NCBI GenBank assembly: GCA_030265395.1
Contig: JARFYF010000104.1
Location: forward strand, 22,735,659-22,799,658
DNA: 64,000 nt
Origin: Rhina ancylostomus
Taxonomy: Eukaryota
Reading direction: 5' to 3'
The notes below the pieces were generated by a model. That model was not told the origin of the DNA, searched no databases, and was given only the letters and a program-made list of their open reading frames with translations. How positions within the stretch are numbered: position 1 is the first letter of the stretch; every line of letters begins with the position of its first letter. Of this stretch, positions 24,136-36,500 are shown piece by piece. The translations under genes were made by a program, and so were the position numbers.

Positions 24136-25107
24136 GAAGTTTTCAATTTAATCCTGATTACTCCTTTTCTTTCAGTGGTCATATGCTGCACCCAAAAAAA
24201 GGGTGCTAAATGTCCATTTTCTAAGTTAATGTTCAGTGATATAGTTGCAAGAATTGTATATGCATACAATGTTATCATATCCCCCAATGAGTTTCTTAGG
24301 CTGGTTAAAAATAATGTAATGGAAAATAATGATTTTTTAAAATAGTTATTTATACTTAGTATTTCTATTAATTGTTTGGAATACTTGTTTAAGGATCTAG
24401 GAGCATGGCATCATCAGAGAACCATGATGGAGGTGTCAGTAAGCACCAGTGTGTGAAGGACTTAAATTAATATCCATAACTTTAATGACAGGAATACCTT
24501 GGCACCCTGGGCTAATGACTATAATTTTCATTAAGTAATGTAACTCCCTCACGATGCAGGTTGGACAATGTGTCCTAATAATGCTGTCAGTACATGTAGG
24601 AAAACAAATATCAAGAAAAAGACCAATGGAAACCCAAAATAATGTCGCAGTTCATCATATATTTTCCAGTTGGTAAGTTTTAATAGGAGTATTGATTATT
24701 TCTTTTTAAGATCAAATCCAGCTAAAGAGAACATTTTCATATAACAAATTAAAACGAATGCTCCTTATTTTTGTAATTTCTGTCATTAATAACATGTTTA
24801 AGAAATGTAAAATGTGAAAATATCTAATCAGAATGTAAAAGAAATACAAGAGCAGGACCTATTGAGTCATGAAGTTATTAAAATAAACAACATAAACAGA
24901 GGTTCTTTGGCCCACCATATCTGCAGCAGCCAAAAATGCATTATTTAGGCTAATTCATGTGCAAAATTAATGTGCTTTTCTGCATACTTTTTAAAAATAT
25001 AGTGAGATCGCTATCTCTATCATCCTTTTAGTTCATTAGTTCTGTGTCCAGGTCACTTCATGTGAAACAATTTTTTCCAACATTTCTAAATCAAACTTGC
25101 TGCAAAA

Positions 25108-25280
25108 AGACACAAGAGACTGCAGATGCTGGAATTTAATATTTGTAGCAAAAAAAAACAAACTTCTGGAGGAACTTAGTGGTTCAGGCAGCATCTATGG
25201 AGGGAAATGGACTGTCAACTCCCTCACCTCTTTATACTGGCTATCTCCCCCTTACTTGTTCAGTCCAGATGAAGGGTCAC
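25108..25280. mobile_element. Head-to-head Penelope terminal fragments
   Basis: gacacaagagactgcagatgctggaat..ggcagcatctatggagggaaatggac (minus strand) joined to tatactggctatctcccc..cagtccagatgaagggtc (plus strand). Confidence 0.6.
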
Positions 25281-25389
25281 CTTATCACCAAACCTGAGTC
25301 AAAGAGCTGAATTCTAGAGATGGGGTAAGAGTGACTGCCCTTGATATCATGGCAACCTTTGATTGAGGATGGCAATATAAACCAGTGAA

Positions 25390-26520
25390 TACATTTCCAA
25401 AAAGGGTACATGAACAGAGAGACCTGGGGATAATATGAGCACAAATAATTGTAAATGACAGGGCAGGTTGAGAAAGTGGTAAAGAAAAGTATTTAGGATC
25501 CCTGAGCTGTTTTATTGTGTAGAAGCATACAGTACAAGAGAAAGAAGTTCATGGTGATTTTTTTATGAAACTGGTTAAGCTACCACTACAGTATTGTGTC
25601 CAGCTCCAAGCACCCCACTTTTGGAATGATGTAATGGCTAGACAAAAGGTGCAGAAGAATTTTCCCAGAACAGATTCCAGGGATGATGGAAATTTAGTTA
25701 TAGTATGTGAAAGACTGGAGAAGCTGGGGTTCTCCTTGGTGCAGTGAAGGTTGTGAGGGAATTTAATAGACGTATTTGAATCATGAAAAATATAAGCAGA
25801 ATAGTGAGAGAGAAACTGTTCTTATGAATGCAGAGATCAAGAACTAAGGAGCAGAGAATGCAAATGATTGAAAAAGGAACCATATGTAACAATGAGAGAA
25901 CTTTTTTTCCACACAGCATGTGATTAGTGTCTGGAATGCACTACGGGGTAGTAATGAAGGCAGATTTCATTGCAGAATTCAAAAAGGAGCTGGGTAAGTG
26001 TCGGGAGGTGAGTCATTCATCAGGGGATATGCAGCCTCTGACTAGATCTTGCAGCCATAATATTTATGAGGCTATTCTAGTTGAGTTTCTTGTCTTTGAT
26101 GATGGGGCACTTGGTAATGGTAATGCTAAGTTATTCCCCACCCCCCCACCACCACCATTGTCAAAGATAGGTGGTTTGTCTCTCTCTTGTTGGAGATGGA
26201 CTTTTCCTGACACTTTTGTGACACAAATATTAATTGTCATTTATAGCCCATGCCAGATTTTTGTCTTCTGCATGGAGGCATGGACTGCTTCTCATGGTGA
26301 GCAGTTGGGAATTGAATTGAATGTTGTGTTATCATCAGTGAACATCCTCACTTCCAACCTTACAATGGAAGGAAGGTAATTGATGAAGCAGCTGATAATA
26401 GCTGGGGTTTAGGACAATGCCTTGAGGAACTCCTGTAGCAAAGTTCTGGAGCTGGGATGGTTATCCTTGAACAATCATAGCCATCTTCCTTGGAGCTGTG
26501 TGAGGTACAGCTCCAATTTT
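25390..26520. mobile_element. Adjacent CR1 (+, ~25390-26005) and CR1-clade-like LINE RT (-, ~26010-26520) remnants
   Basis: KLVKLPLQYCVQLQAPHFWNDV..KVQKNFPR..ERLEKLGFSL on plus; GVPQG.VL.P.LF..FIN.LP..V.MFTDD-like motif on minus at 26320-26435. Confidence 0.7.
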
Positions 26521-29500
26521 TGGAAAATATTCCGTGACAACTGAAATTAAAATAGGAAATCTGCTACCTAATTGGTGGTAAACACATCATAAGTGCATTC
26601 ATTTCAGTGCAATCATTCCTTCCATTAAAACTTAAGGTAAGGCCACAATAGGAATGCTAGAAATTGCTACTCTCAGATACATATTCACAATAAATGCTTA
26701 CTTGCATCTGCCGAATATTCAATAGTAAGCATCTCCAAATTTCTAGTAGTAGCCAGTATTGAGAAGTAGCAAAGAATGGCTCAATGATACTAAGGTGAAA
26801 TATTAGAGGATCTGTAAATGATAACCAATTAATTCTAGCTTAAATCTGGAGTTACTTTTCATAACATAACCAGGAAATAACTGGATGTGTCCCTGAGGTG
26901 TACAAGGGTAACAAATCCTCTCTACCCAGTCAGGATAGACATTATTGGGGAGCTCCCTCACCAATCATATTTTGAATGTACTGTAAGTGGCTGGGATTGA
27001 CCTTACATACAGAATTAATACGTAACTATCCTCCAGACACTGCACTTTGTTGGAGAAATCATTGCTCTTTTATCAGGAGAAATTACTGCCATTTCAGTCA
27101 GGAGTTCTGTAAACTGCAAATATATTTTGTTGTGTTGCTTCTGAGCTGTTTTGTTTAAAGCAAGTTCACTGCATCCTGTTACAAATCCACCAACTCTTCC
27201 AATTCATTGGCTAATATAATGGTGTCAATGGACTGTCCTTACTGGTACTGGTACATGTGGTTCAATGATTTCTATCCTTCTCTTTTAATCAATTATGAAT
27301 CAGAAAGTTTGCACTGGTTGGTGTGGTATACAGGAAGATTGTTATTTGAAATATTGATGCAGCAGAGTGATGTGGTGGGTAGCTGGAAGTCTGATAATAT
27401 AGTATGGGGATTTTCAATCATATACTCACAGTACCAAACATTTGTCAGAAGGCTGGATTTGCTTGTGAAATAACAGATTTACTATTAAGTCCAGTCCCCA
27501 GAATGCACACAGCCCTGCTATTCTATGGAATGTCCACTCTGAGGTATCTTGTTGGCTTAATGACTGACTACCACATTATTTTGGTGCTCTGCTGAATTAC
27601 AAATTAAAGATTGGATGCATTTTCTGGAAACCATTGAGATTTGCCAGGCACTTTTATTGACAAAGACCAAAATAAACATTAGACATTAATGGACTTCTTT
27701 GCCCCCTATACAAACTTATCTTTCAGTGACCATTTCCCTTTAAATTTACACTTAATGCAATGTAAGCAACCTTCAAAGCCTTCCCAAATGTGATTTCTTA
27801 AACACCTCTGACAAACTGTCAACAAAATGCACAATATTGGTTATGAGGTCAGCTGCACCATATAAAATAAGGCGAGCATGCATAATCGTGCAGGGTCAAG
27901 GCAGCTGACAGTCAGGTGAGTACCAAATATCACCTGCTTGAAGGTGTAATTGCAAAAAACAACCACCACAATTTTATTTTAACGCAAGCTTGATGAGATG
28001 AATTACATGGTACCAAACAAAAATTGAAGTGAAAGGGATTTGATTTGATCAAAGCTGATCTGGTGCCCCCTACTTTATTGCAAGGTGTGAAAACTATATG
28101 TTGCAGTAAATAAAATAAATTTCTTTTTTTTTTGCAGTGTATTCTGGAATTCATTAGATTACTCCCCCCTCCCACCCCCCCATTTCTCCACTTGTTTGCA
28201 ATATAATGTATTTTACAATTTTTATTAATTTGTGTAAACTGACACTTATCAGTGGAGCATTAATCGACATTAACTTCAATATATTCTGATGAAACTGACT
28301 GACATCAGTGTGTGCTGTTCATCAGTCATAATTTAGAACTGTTTTTAATTGCATTAAATTTAAATTAAGACATTCAGTTTTTAGCCATTATTTTTCATAA
28401 AACACTTTGAACTGAATTTTAGTGGGTCACAAAGCAAGAGAGTTGACAAATTGAACAAATTATGCAAATTCCATTCATTAAAGTTCAAATGGTACTTTTA
28501 ACACTTCACATGCTGAATTTTGTTCACAACTTGCAACATTCTACCATTCTTGTTCAATTATACATCAACTCAGCAGCTTGATTGAAGATGTATAGCACAA
28601 AGCTTAATTAGCAGTATTCTCCAAAGAAGTCTCTGGATCCAGTTATCAAAAAATCCTTAGCTTTTATTAATTTGAATTCTTATGCATTAATTAGATTTTA
28701 GGATTAATACTAAGGCTTTTAGCAGCATGGTGCTAAATGTGAACAAAGTGCTGTTTGTGAATTCCTGTCTGGTGATGTATACTAGTTAGGAACACATGCA
28801 CACCAGATAAAGTACATGCAACTCACTCAGCCATAGATGCTAACCTCATTCGTTTTTATAGCAGAGAAGGTCACTGAAGCAAATAGCATAAATGGGTTAA
28901 AAAGGCAATTAGGTGTGATTGGGGGGGAAAAAAAGGAAGAATGTGGGAAGGTGGAATCAATCTTTGAGAAGGAAAGTGTTTGCTGGCTTAATTACTTTTT
29001 CTCAATCCTTCAACCCCTTATACTTACAGTGATAGAAAAATTCACCCACTGTGTGGAGAAATCTCCTTCATTTTCTATACATTTGAGATTTTGGATAGAT
29101 AAATAGATCAATACTCATATCACAAAGCAAATTTATCTCAGCAATTTAGCTTTGACAAAGAAACAAGTATCAAGGTACTTTATGGACCTTCTAACAATGT
29201 GGTCTGATGCTCTGAGCTATGATTCTGTGACTAAGGCAGAGAAATCAGAATGCAATGTGCTTCAGAATTGCAAACCTCCATGGGTAAGCTCATGTATCTG
29301 CCAGTGGAACTCTGTAATTGGTTAAGAGTAATTGGTACACACCTTCTGCCTACATCAATTGCTAGAAACCACAGTTGGCAACAAGTGGCAAAAACTATGA
29401 GGGTAAGATGCATTTCACTCCTTCAAAAAAAAAGGGTGGGGAGAGGGAATGTGGGTTTGGATTGGGGGGGTGGAAGGGTTTGAAGGGAGAAACCTTGATG

Positions 29501-29869
29501 ATTGTTCAGTTACTGTCATCCATTTTTTTTGAAAGTTTAAAGCATATTGAACATAACTATCTATAAAAGCTGATAATTTTCCACCTTCAAAATCTTTCCT
29601 AAAGCCCACCTTTATTAACCGTACCNNNNNNNNNNNNNNNNNNNNNNNNNNNNNNNNNNNNNNNNNNNNNNNNNNNNNNNNNNNNNNNNNNNNNNNNNNN
29701 NNNNNNNNNNNNNNNNNNNNNNNNNGTACCTTGATTGCTTTTCTAATCTTCTTCCTTTGTCCATTCTTTATACCATCCTGGCACAAGGGGTACCTTTATG
29801 GGACGAGGAAAGAAACAGAAGAGTCTATCAAAGCCGTAAATGATAAGAGCAGAATAATTACCAAGACTC

Positions 29870-30060
29870 ATTGTCCAAAAATGTTGATCTAAAAATTATG
29901 AATCCAGAAGGCTGTAATGTGCCTTATTGATTGATAAAGTGTTAATCCTCAAGCTTCTCTGGAACTTCATTTTTGAAGTGCGGGGAGCCAAATACAGAAA
30001 AGACAGAATGGGAGTGGAATGGAGAATTAAAAAGACAAGCAATCAGAAGTCAGAGTCAAG
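29870..30060 (-). mobile_element. Penelope-like GIY-YIG C-terminal remnant
   Basis: Homologous to 1945-2115 and to the reverse complement of 6590-6745. Confidence 0.55.
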
Positions 30061-30074
30061 GGTGCATTGAAGAG

Positions 30075-30430
30075 TTTTTTTTAATTTATATTTTTAGGAT
30101 GTGGGCATTGCTGGCAAGGATAGCATTTCTTGCCCATCCCAATTGCCCCTGAGCAGAACAGATTGCAGGGCTGTTCCAGAAGATGCTTAAGATGTAAACA
30201 CTTTGCTGTAGGTCTGGATTCACATATGGGGCTGGCCAGGTAAGAATGACTGATTTCCTCTCCAGAGAACATCAGAGAACCAAACTGGTTCTTATGATGA
30301 TCTGGTAGTTTTGTGGTCATAATTTCTAAAACAAACTGTTTTTTCATTACTTCCAGATTATTAATCTAAATTTAAATTTCAAAGCTGCCAATGGTTGGAT
30401 TTGAATTTGGATCTCTGATTGTTAATTCAG
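30075..30430 (-). mobile_element. tRNA-derived SINE sharing its 3' tail with the LINE at 9100-9632
   Basis: B-box-like ttcaaatcc on minus (~30398-30406); tail is the reverse complement of ggatgtgggcattgctggcaagg..tgcccatccc. Confidence 0.6.
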
Positions 30431-30519
30431 TGTGAACTAACTTGTGATCCAGTAATCAATATGTCAATGTACAATGTACCGAAAACTGCTTACTTCTTGG
30501 GTTAGTCCCAGTTAAGTTA

Positions 30520-30680
30520 CCCCATAATGCAGGGGTTGCCTCTAATAATTTAACTGTATTTCCTTTGTTTCAGTATTTGCTGCTCAGAATGCAGACTGCA
30601 CCACCCCAAGTTACTCCTAGCAAATACTGAAATGAAGGAAATACAATTAAATTATTAGAGGCAACCCCCACGTTATGGGG
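30520..30680. repeat. Inverted repeat with 62-bp arms and a 37-bp spacer
   Basis: 30520-30581 is the reverse complement of 30619-30680 with 6 mismatches. Confidence 0.95.
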
Positions 30681-30909
30681 GTTGCATTTCTAGAAAATGG
30701 TCCATATCACTCTTTTCCATAACATGAATCCATGTCATCAGCACATGTATCAAGAAACTCAAGTTGAAAAAAAATTGTATTTATTTAATTTTTTCGCATA
30801 AATTCTGTGAGATTTTATTCAGTATCTCAAATTTTTGGGTAGTGATTTGTGAATTCTGTAAGGGCAAATTTCTGTTACCAGAACAGTCGTAATGCAGGGG
30901 TCGGCTGTA
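30656..30909. mobile_element. Tc1/mariner-pogo (Tigger-like) non-autonomous DNA transposon (MITE)
   Basis: TA-gaggcaacccccacgttatg ... cgtaatgcaggggtcggctg-TA; ~20-bp TIRs (13/20 identical, most differences at CpG) with TA flanks. Confidence 0.6.
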
Positions 30910-31323
30910 CTTCAGCGTGAGAGTTTCAAGAGTTATTGAATTTTGTGGTCATCTGGCAGGGGAGTGGGTATGGATGGAGATATGGAACAAAGTTTTGTAA
31001 AAGGAAAAATCTCTTTGGAATGTTGAGAAAGAAGGGGAGGGGAATAGGTGAGTACTCGTAATATCCCATTTGACTTGACGGGAATGGCCGAGGGTCATCA
31101 GTTGAATGTAGAGTCTGAGATATATCTGCTTTTCACTTCATAGATGCTGCTGGGCTTGTTGAGATTTCCCCCGTCTTTTCAGATTTCCAGCATTTGTAGT
31201 ATTTTGTTTTTATTGCTGTTAATATGGTCGATCTATGGTTTTGCTTAAGTATATTTGGGTAATCAAATCATTGCCAGTCACTAAGAGGCAAGCCACAGCA
31301 ACCAAAGGACAACTACTGTTCCT

Positions 31324-31449
31324 GTTCCCTATTCCCTAGTCCTTTGACTCAGCACCTAACTGCAATAGCTACAGAGTGGGAATTCAGTTCCCCATTCCCT
31401 AGTCCTTTGACTCAGCACCTAACTGCAATAGCTACAGAGTGGGAATTCA
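31324..31449. repeat. 63-bp tandem duplication
   Basis: 31324-31386 and 31387-31449 differ at one base. Confidence 0.97.
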
Positions 31450-32674
31450 ATAATTTACTTGTGCAGCTAAATTCAACCTCTGTTTCCATTGCTGTAGCAA
31501 CGTATATCGATACTACCTTGTTTTTCATTAACATACAGCTAAACGTATTGTGCTCTTCAGTACATTTATTAATTTTACAGCCACATTTAATATCACTAAT
31601 TAGGTTTCTGCTGCTGTGAGAGTGGGTAGAACTTACTTATTTTACCAGCAGTGATGGAGAGACACCTGTTCTACATTATATTCAATTTGTTATTAATATC
31701 AAAATAGCTTTATCTTCCCAAATGTAGTGGAAACCAAAACAGTAACCTGCAGAAGCAGAGGAAAAATTATATCTTAACTTTGTTCTCGTCTTTCAATCAT
31801 AATTAATTAAGAAGGAAATAAGCAGTTTTCTGTACATTGTACATTGACATATATTGACATCTGGTGACACTACGCTTAGTCATTAGATGGAATCTGAACA
31901 AACAAATTTGCCAATGAATATTTCAGATGGGTTTATGAATTCCAACTGCTTGCCATTGCAAAATTTTTAACTATCAGTTGATATTTTTCTATTGTCAACT
32001 TTCTCATGTCTTCTTTTAAATTCCTCAATCATATTAGGCTATGATTTTCTGTTGTTGCATGACCATATACGTTTTATTTCTTCATGGATAATCCTTGACA
32101 ATAAGAATTAACCAGCTTTTTGACATGGAAAATACTATAGACAAGCCCAATTTTATATCAGCTTCATCCACACATAGACACATTCCACTAAGGTTAACTA
32201 GATAGAGTTTGGAGCAGGAGCAGAATGCTATTGACGTTTTTTCTCTTCCTCTAGCCCAGGGGTATATGGGCTATTGTAGCAGCACCATGGGTACCTGAAT
32301 AACATCAATTTCGAAAGTTTTTCAATATTGTAAGTTCACTGATTGATGGTGAAATTCATATTAGGAATTTACAAATATTTTAATGTACTAATTAACTTTT
32401 CTTTATCCCCAATTCCCCTCACTTTGGATCATTCTGAAGAAGAGACAATGGGCAAACAGATGACCTTAGATGTTCTACAGCCTGTGGAAAGCACATGAGG
32501 ATCACATGAGGATGTCTTCAATTTTGTTCATGGGAAGCAGATGGTTCCATTTTCTTCTTTATTTTCTGGAAACATTCTTAGGTAGAAACCTTTGACCTAA
32601 CATGGAAGCTCCAGTGTTCTGTTCAATTTTCTTTTTACAGCTGCAATCTGATGTTTTCCATGCAGTGATGCACT

Positions 32675-32915
32675 GAGGGACAAAAAAAAGAATGTTGGAA
32701 GAATTCAACAGGTCAGTCAGCATCTGAGGAGGCAGAAGGTGTAAGCCGATGATAAGAACATTGAACTTTCCAATTTCAGTTAACCCACACCCTCGGTGTT
32801 TTCCTCTCACAAACACTTACCTGTCCACCTGGTTTTCTTCTCCCTTTGTTTACCTTTTCCACTGAGTTCTTCCAGTGTTTTGTACTTTGTTCCAGATTCC
32901 AGCATCTGCAGTCTG
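32675..32915. mobile_element. Rearranged Penelope terminal fragments in inverted arrangement
   Basis: tgttggaagaattcaacaggtcagtcagcatct (minus) facing acattgaactttccaatttcag..gttccagattccagcatctgcag (plus). Confidence 0.55.
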
Positions 32916-33284
32916 TTTTGTTGTTGTTGTACTTGTGTGGTAAAATTTGGACTTTGGTCACCCTGCTGGTACAAGGGTAGGATGTTGGCACACAACAAGC
33001 TAGTTCCACTAGGTTTGTGGTGCACAACATATGGTGTAACAGGCTACATTGGGCCAACAGGATGGGTCTGTCTAGCCTGTACTTGCCCACCCAACAACAT
33101 CTAGGTCTCTGGGGCCCATTCTGATGTCCACCTCAGAGGCATCCCAATGCTGGGCCCTGCACCAAGTATCCAACTGACCTCCAGTCCAGGAACAAAATAC
33201 ATTGGTAACAAAGACCAGGAACCATGTTGGGGTCTGGTCTGATCTTCTGAGGCTTAGTCCAGATGCAGGTCCATATCCAACTCC

Positions 33285-33700
33285 AGAGGCAGGTGCACTG
33301 TATTGGTAAGCATAGGCCTATCACTATAAAATTTGGTACTGTCTGGTGGGTTCTGGTTTGTTGCTGTATTATAATGGGGTGCAATACTGGCTGGCACAGG
33401 ACTCACTGCTCTATAACACTGGAGTGCAGCATTGGTTGTCACAGTTCATTTCTGTTAATACTTAGGTATCGCTGCTCATGGGCACAGGTATGTTATTGCA
33501 TAACACAGGGTACAATACCATAGAGAACAGGTCCATCACTGTATAACTAGGGTACAGTACTAGTGGATGTGGGTGTGCCTCTGTATAACAATGGGCCACT
33601 ATACTGGTGGGCACAGGTTTGTCACTATCTAACACTGGAGTACAGTACCAGCAGCAATAGCTCTGACTCTATACATCACTCTGAATACAAGGCTGGCAAG
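33285..33700. repeat. Degenerate ~43-bp minisatellite, ~9-10 units
   Basis: Recurring gtcactgtataacactggggtacagtactggtgggcacagg-like unit, e.g. 33535-33566 and 33622-33650. Confidence 0.8.
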
Positions 33701-35829
33701 AAGGGAGTACTGGAAATTTGGTGAGTAGAGCAGCAAGGAGATGGCGAAGAAGCAGTGAGATCTATTCCAATTTTGTCTTTTATCATATCAAAAATATTGG
33801 CATATTGTTATGAATAGTTAAGATAAAACTCATTTCCCATGAGTAGCCCTCGAGAGTGGTTGGGATTGTAAATCTGGCACCACCCCCCCAAAAATGCTGT
33901 GCACCATTACATGAGTTAGCTTGATCATGGCTGATCAGTAACACACCTCCACTTAACTGCCAATCCTCCCTTAATGTCCTTACCTAAAAATATTTGATCG
34001 ATCTATTGATCTCAGAACTTCTATTTTTCCCTGTATCCACTGCCATTCAAGGAAATAAGAAATCCAAATTCCTTACCCAACCTTTACTTGGAATAGTGTT
34101 TTCTGATTTTACTTCAAAAATTAAGTACAAATGTAGAATTATACTGGATTTCTCTTATCATTTTATACTTTACATGAAAATGGTAATTTTCTATTTCCTT
34201 ATAAGAGTTATATGAGCTGCCATTGTGTTCCTCCTAATAGCTAGCTCATGTTTAATTTGAGAAAGTCTGTGATTTGGTAAGATACCTACTCTCTTTATGG
34301 GAAAAAGATGATATAGAACAATAAATTCCTCAGAGAAACTAAATAAGTCGCAATCATGACAGTTGTAAGAGAAATTAGCAAGTTGAATGTGGCAGGTGTG
34401 AAGTCTGTTCTTCATGGTTAATGTCCAGTTTCTGTAAAGATAGGATTAAGGAGTATACAGGGAACAGGTTGAGGGAATGGACTGTGTGAGGTCTGGCTTT
34501 ATACCTATGGGACTAATAAGAAATAGAACCTTATGAAATGTTATTCACCATGAAGGTCATAGCTATTAGCACCAGTTTTAAGTGTTTCACAGACTAGACA
34601 CATGGCATAATAATGAATGACATAATGAATAGCACATTGAGGTGGGGTAAAAACTTTCATTTGTGTTTTTATTCTATATTGACATTCTTAAAATGTATCC
34701 TGTGTCCTTAAACCAACATGAATTATTTTTATATGAAAAGATTCTTATAAAAGTGTTTCAAATATTTGTTATGATTTAGAACAAATCTATATTTTGATTA
34801 TTTCAGATTTGAAGTAGAACACTCTAAGTACTGGAATGCTGAAGAGCATAGAAGGAAGTACTATAGTGAACAGGAGAGCCACGTATGTTACAAGATACGC
34901 AGGCACTGTGATACTGTACGGTGCACTGTTTTGTCAGATTGTTTAAAATTTATATATTTTCATTACTTATGGTTTATTTGCCTATCTTAAACAATGCAAT
35001 TGATCTTTAGTGAATTAAGGGCAGTTAAATGAATAACAGTTTATCACAAGCTGCCACAAAACCTCAATGCATTTTCAAATGAATCATCTGAGATACAGAA
35101 TCTGGTGCAGAATGAGAAATCTTTCCCTCACATTTGGAAACATTAGGGCATATTTTGGTGTCAGTCATGCAGACACAGAATCTAAGTTCTCTATTGAGCA
35201 GACAGGATGGTTATCAGACTGACAGGCAGGAGGCAGATACAGCCCCAGGCTGCCCTTGAGCTGTTCCAGTCGCGCATAGAAAGCACCTTGCAGCCTCTGA
35301 CAAGCGCAGCCGATCAGCACTAAATCAAAAATCAGTGCCAGGTGGGAACCTAAGCCACCATGAAGGTCACAGCCATCAACACCATGCCATCTCAATCCAA
35401 AGAAGAGATGCGAGATGAGGGAAGCTTGTATTTTTACAACTAGGCATCACTCAAAGTTCTAGTCATGTTATATTAATTCCCTTTATATTAACTCAGTATA
35501 CTTGATAATCTAGTGCATTTTGCAGTTTCTGCCTTTATACTCCCTCAACCTTGGCTAATCGCTGTTATAGTTTCACTTCAATTCATCATATGAGATTTAA
35601 CATCCAGGTTATTTACCAGCAAAAGATACCTGTGACTGATGCTATTCTGATAGTGATATCAAACATAAAATAAAATTGAAAACATATACCTACCAGCTTT
35701 GTTCTGTATTTTCATCTTGTACTTTTTGCCACAGTAGCTTCAGTCAGATTAAAGTGGTCTACTGAAATACAAATCTGAACCCCTCACAAGGAACACAATG
35801 AAGTTCACAGTATCCTCTTCATTATCAAA

Positions 35830-36070
35830 GAACCATAGAGTTATACAACACAGAAATGACCCTTTGGCCCACCACGTCCATGCTGACCTTTTTGTTTCAA
35901 GTTTTGCCTATCTACACTAATTCCATTGGTTCAAATTAGGTTCACATTCTTCTATGTCTTGCTGACTTAAATGCCTGTCTGAATATTTCTTAAATGTAGT
36001 GATTGTATCTGATTCTACCACCTCCACTATAAGGGAGTTCCAGATATCAATCACTCTCTGTGCAAAAACA
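35830..36070 (-). mobile_element. CR1 3' tail
   Basis: catagagttatacaacacagaaatgaccctttggcccaccacgtccatgctgacc..gattctaccacctcc. Confidence 0.7.
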
Positions 36071-36252
36071 AAATCCCATCCAATCTCTTGCCTCAAATCA
36101 TGATTTGTATTTTAATTTCCCTAATGAGTACAACTTTGATCCCCGATATTATCTTACTGAGCCTATTTTAAAATTTTCCAGGACCTGTGATATCCCTTCT
36201 ATGATGGGATATTTGAAACTGGATCAAATAATCCAACTATAATTGAATCTGT

Positions 36253-36500
36253 ATTTTTTTATTTTTAAAAATTTTTTATTTACAGCGTGATAACAGGCCC
36301 TTCCAGCCCAACAAGTCCGTGCTGCCCATTTTAAACCCCAAATTAGCCTACCCGTACGTCTTTAGAATGCGGGAGGAAACCGAAGCACCTGGAGGAAACC
36401 CACACAGACACGAGAGAATGTACAAACTCCTTACAGACAGCAATGGGAATTGAACCCCGATCGCTCGCGCTGTAATAGCGTTGCACTAACCACTACGCTA
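36253..36500 (-). mobile_element. HE1/V-type SINE, relatively young
   Basis: Minus strand: tagcgtagtggttagtgcaacgctattacagc A box, ggggttcaattccc B box, V domain gtgggtttcctccaggtgcttcggtttcctcccgcattc, tail gggctggaagggcctgttatcacgctgtaaataaaa; CpGs retained. Confidence 0.88.

Noticed and set aside
23773-24345. 190-aa ORF
   Set aside because: Chance frame across RTE and Penelope fragments; non-ATG start and no recognisable domain.
33285-33700. CRISPR-like array
   Set aside because: Vertebrate DNA, no unique spacers, no cas genes; it is a degenerate minisatellite.
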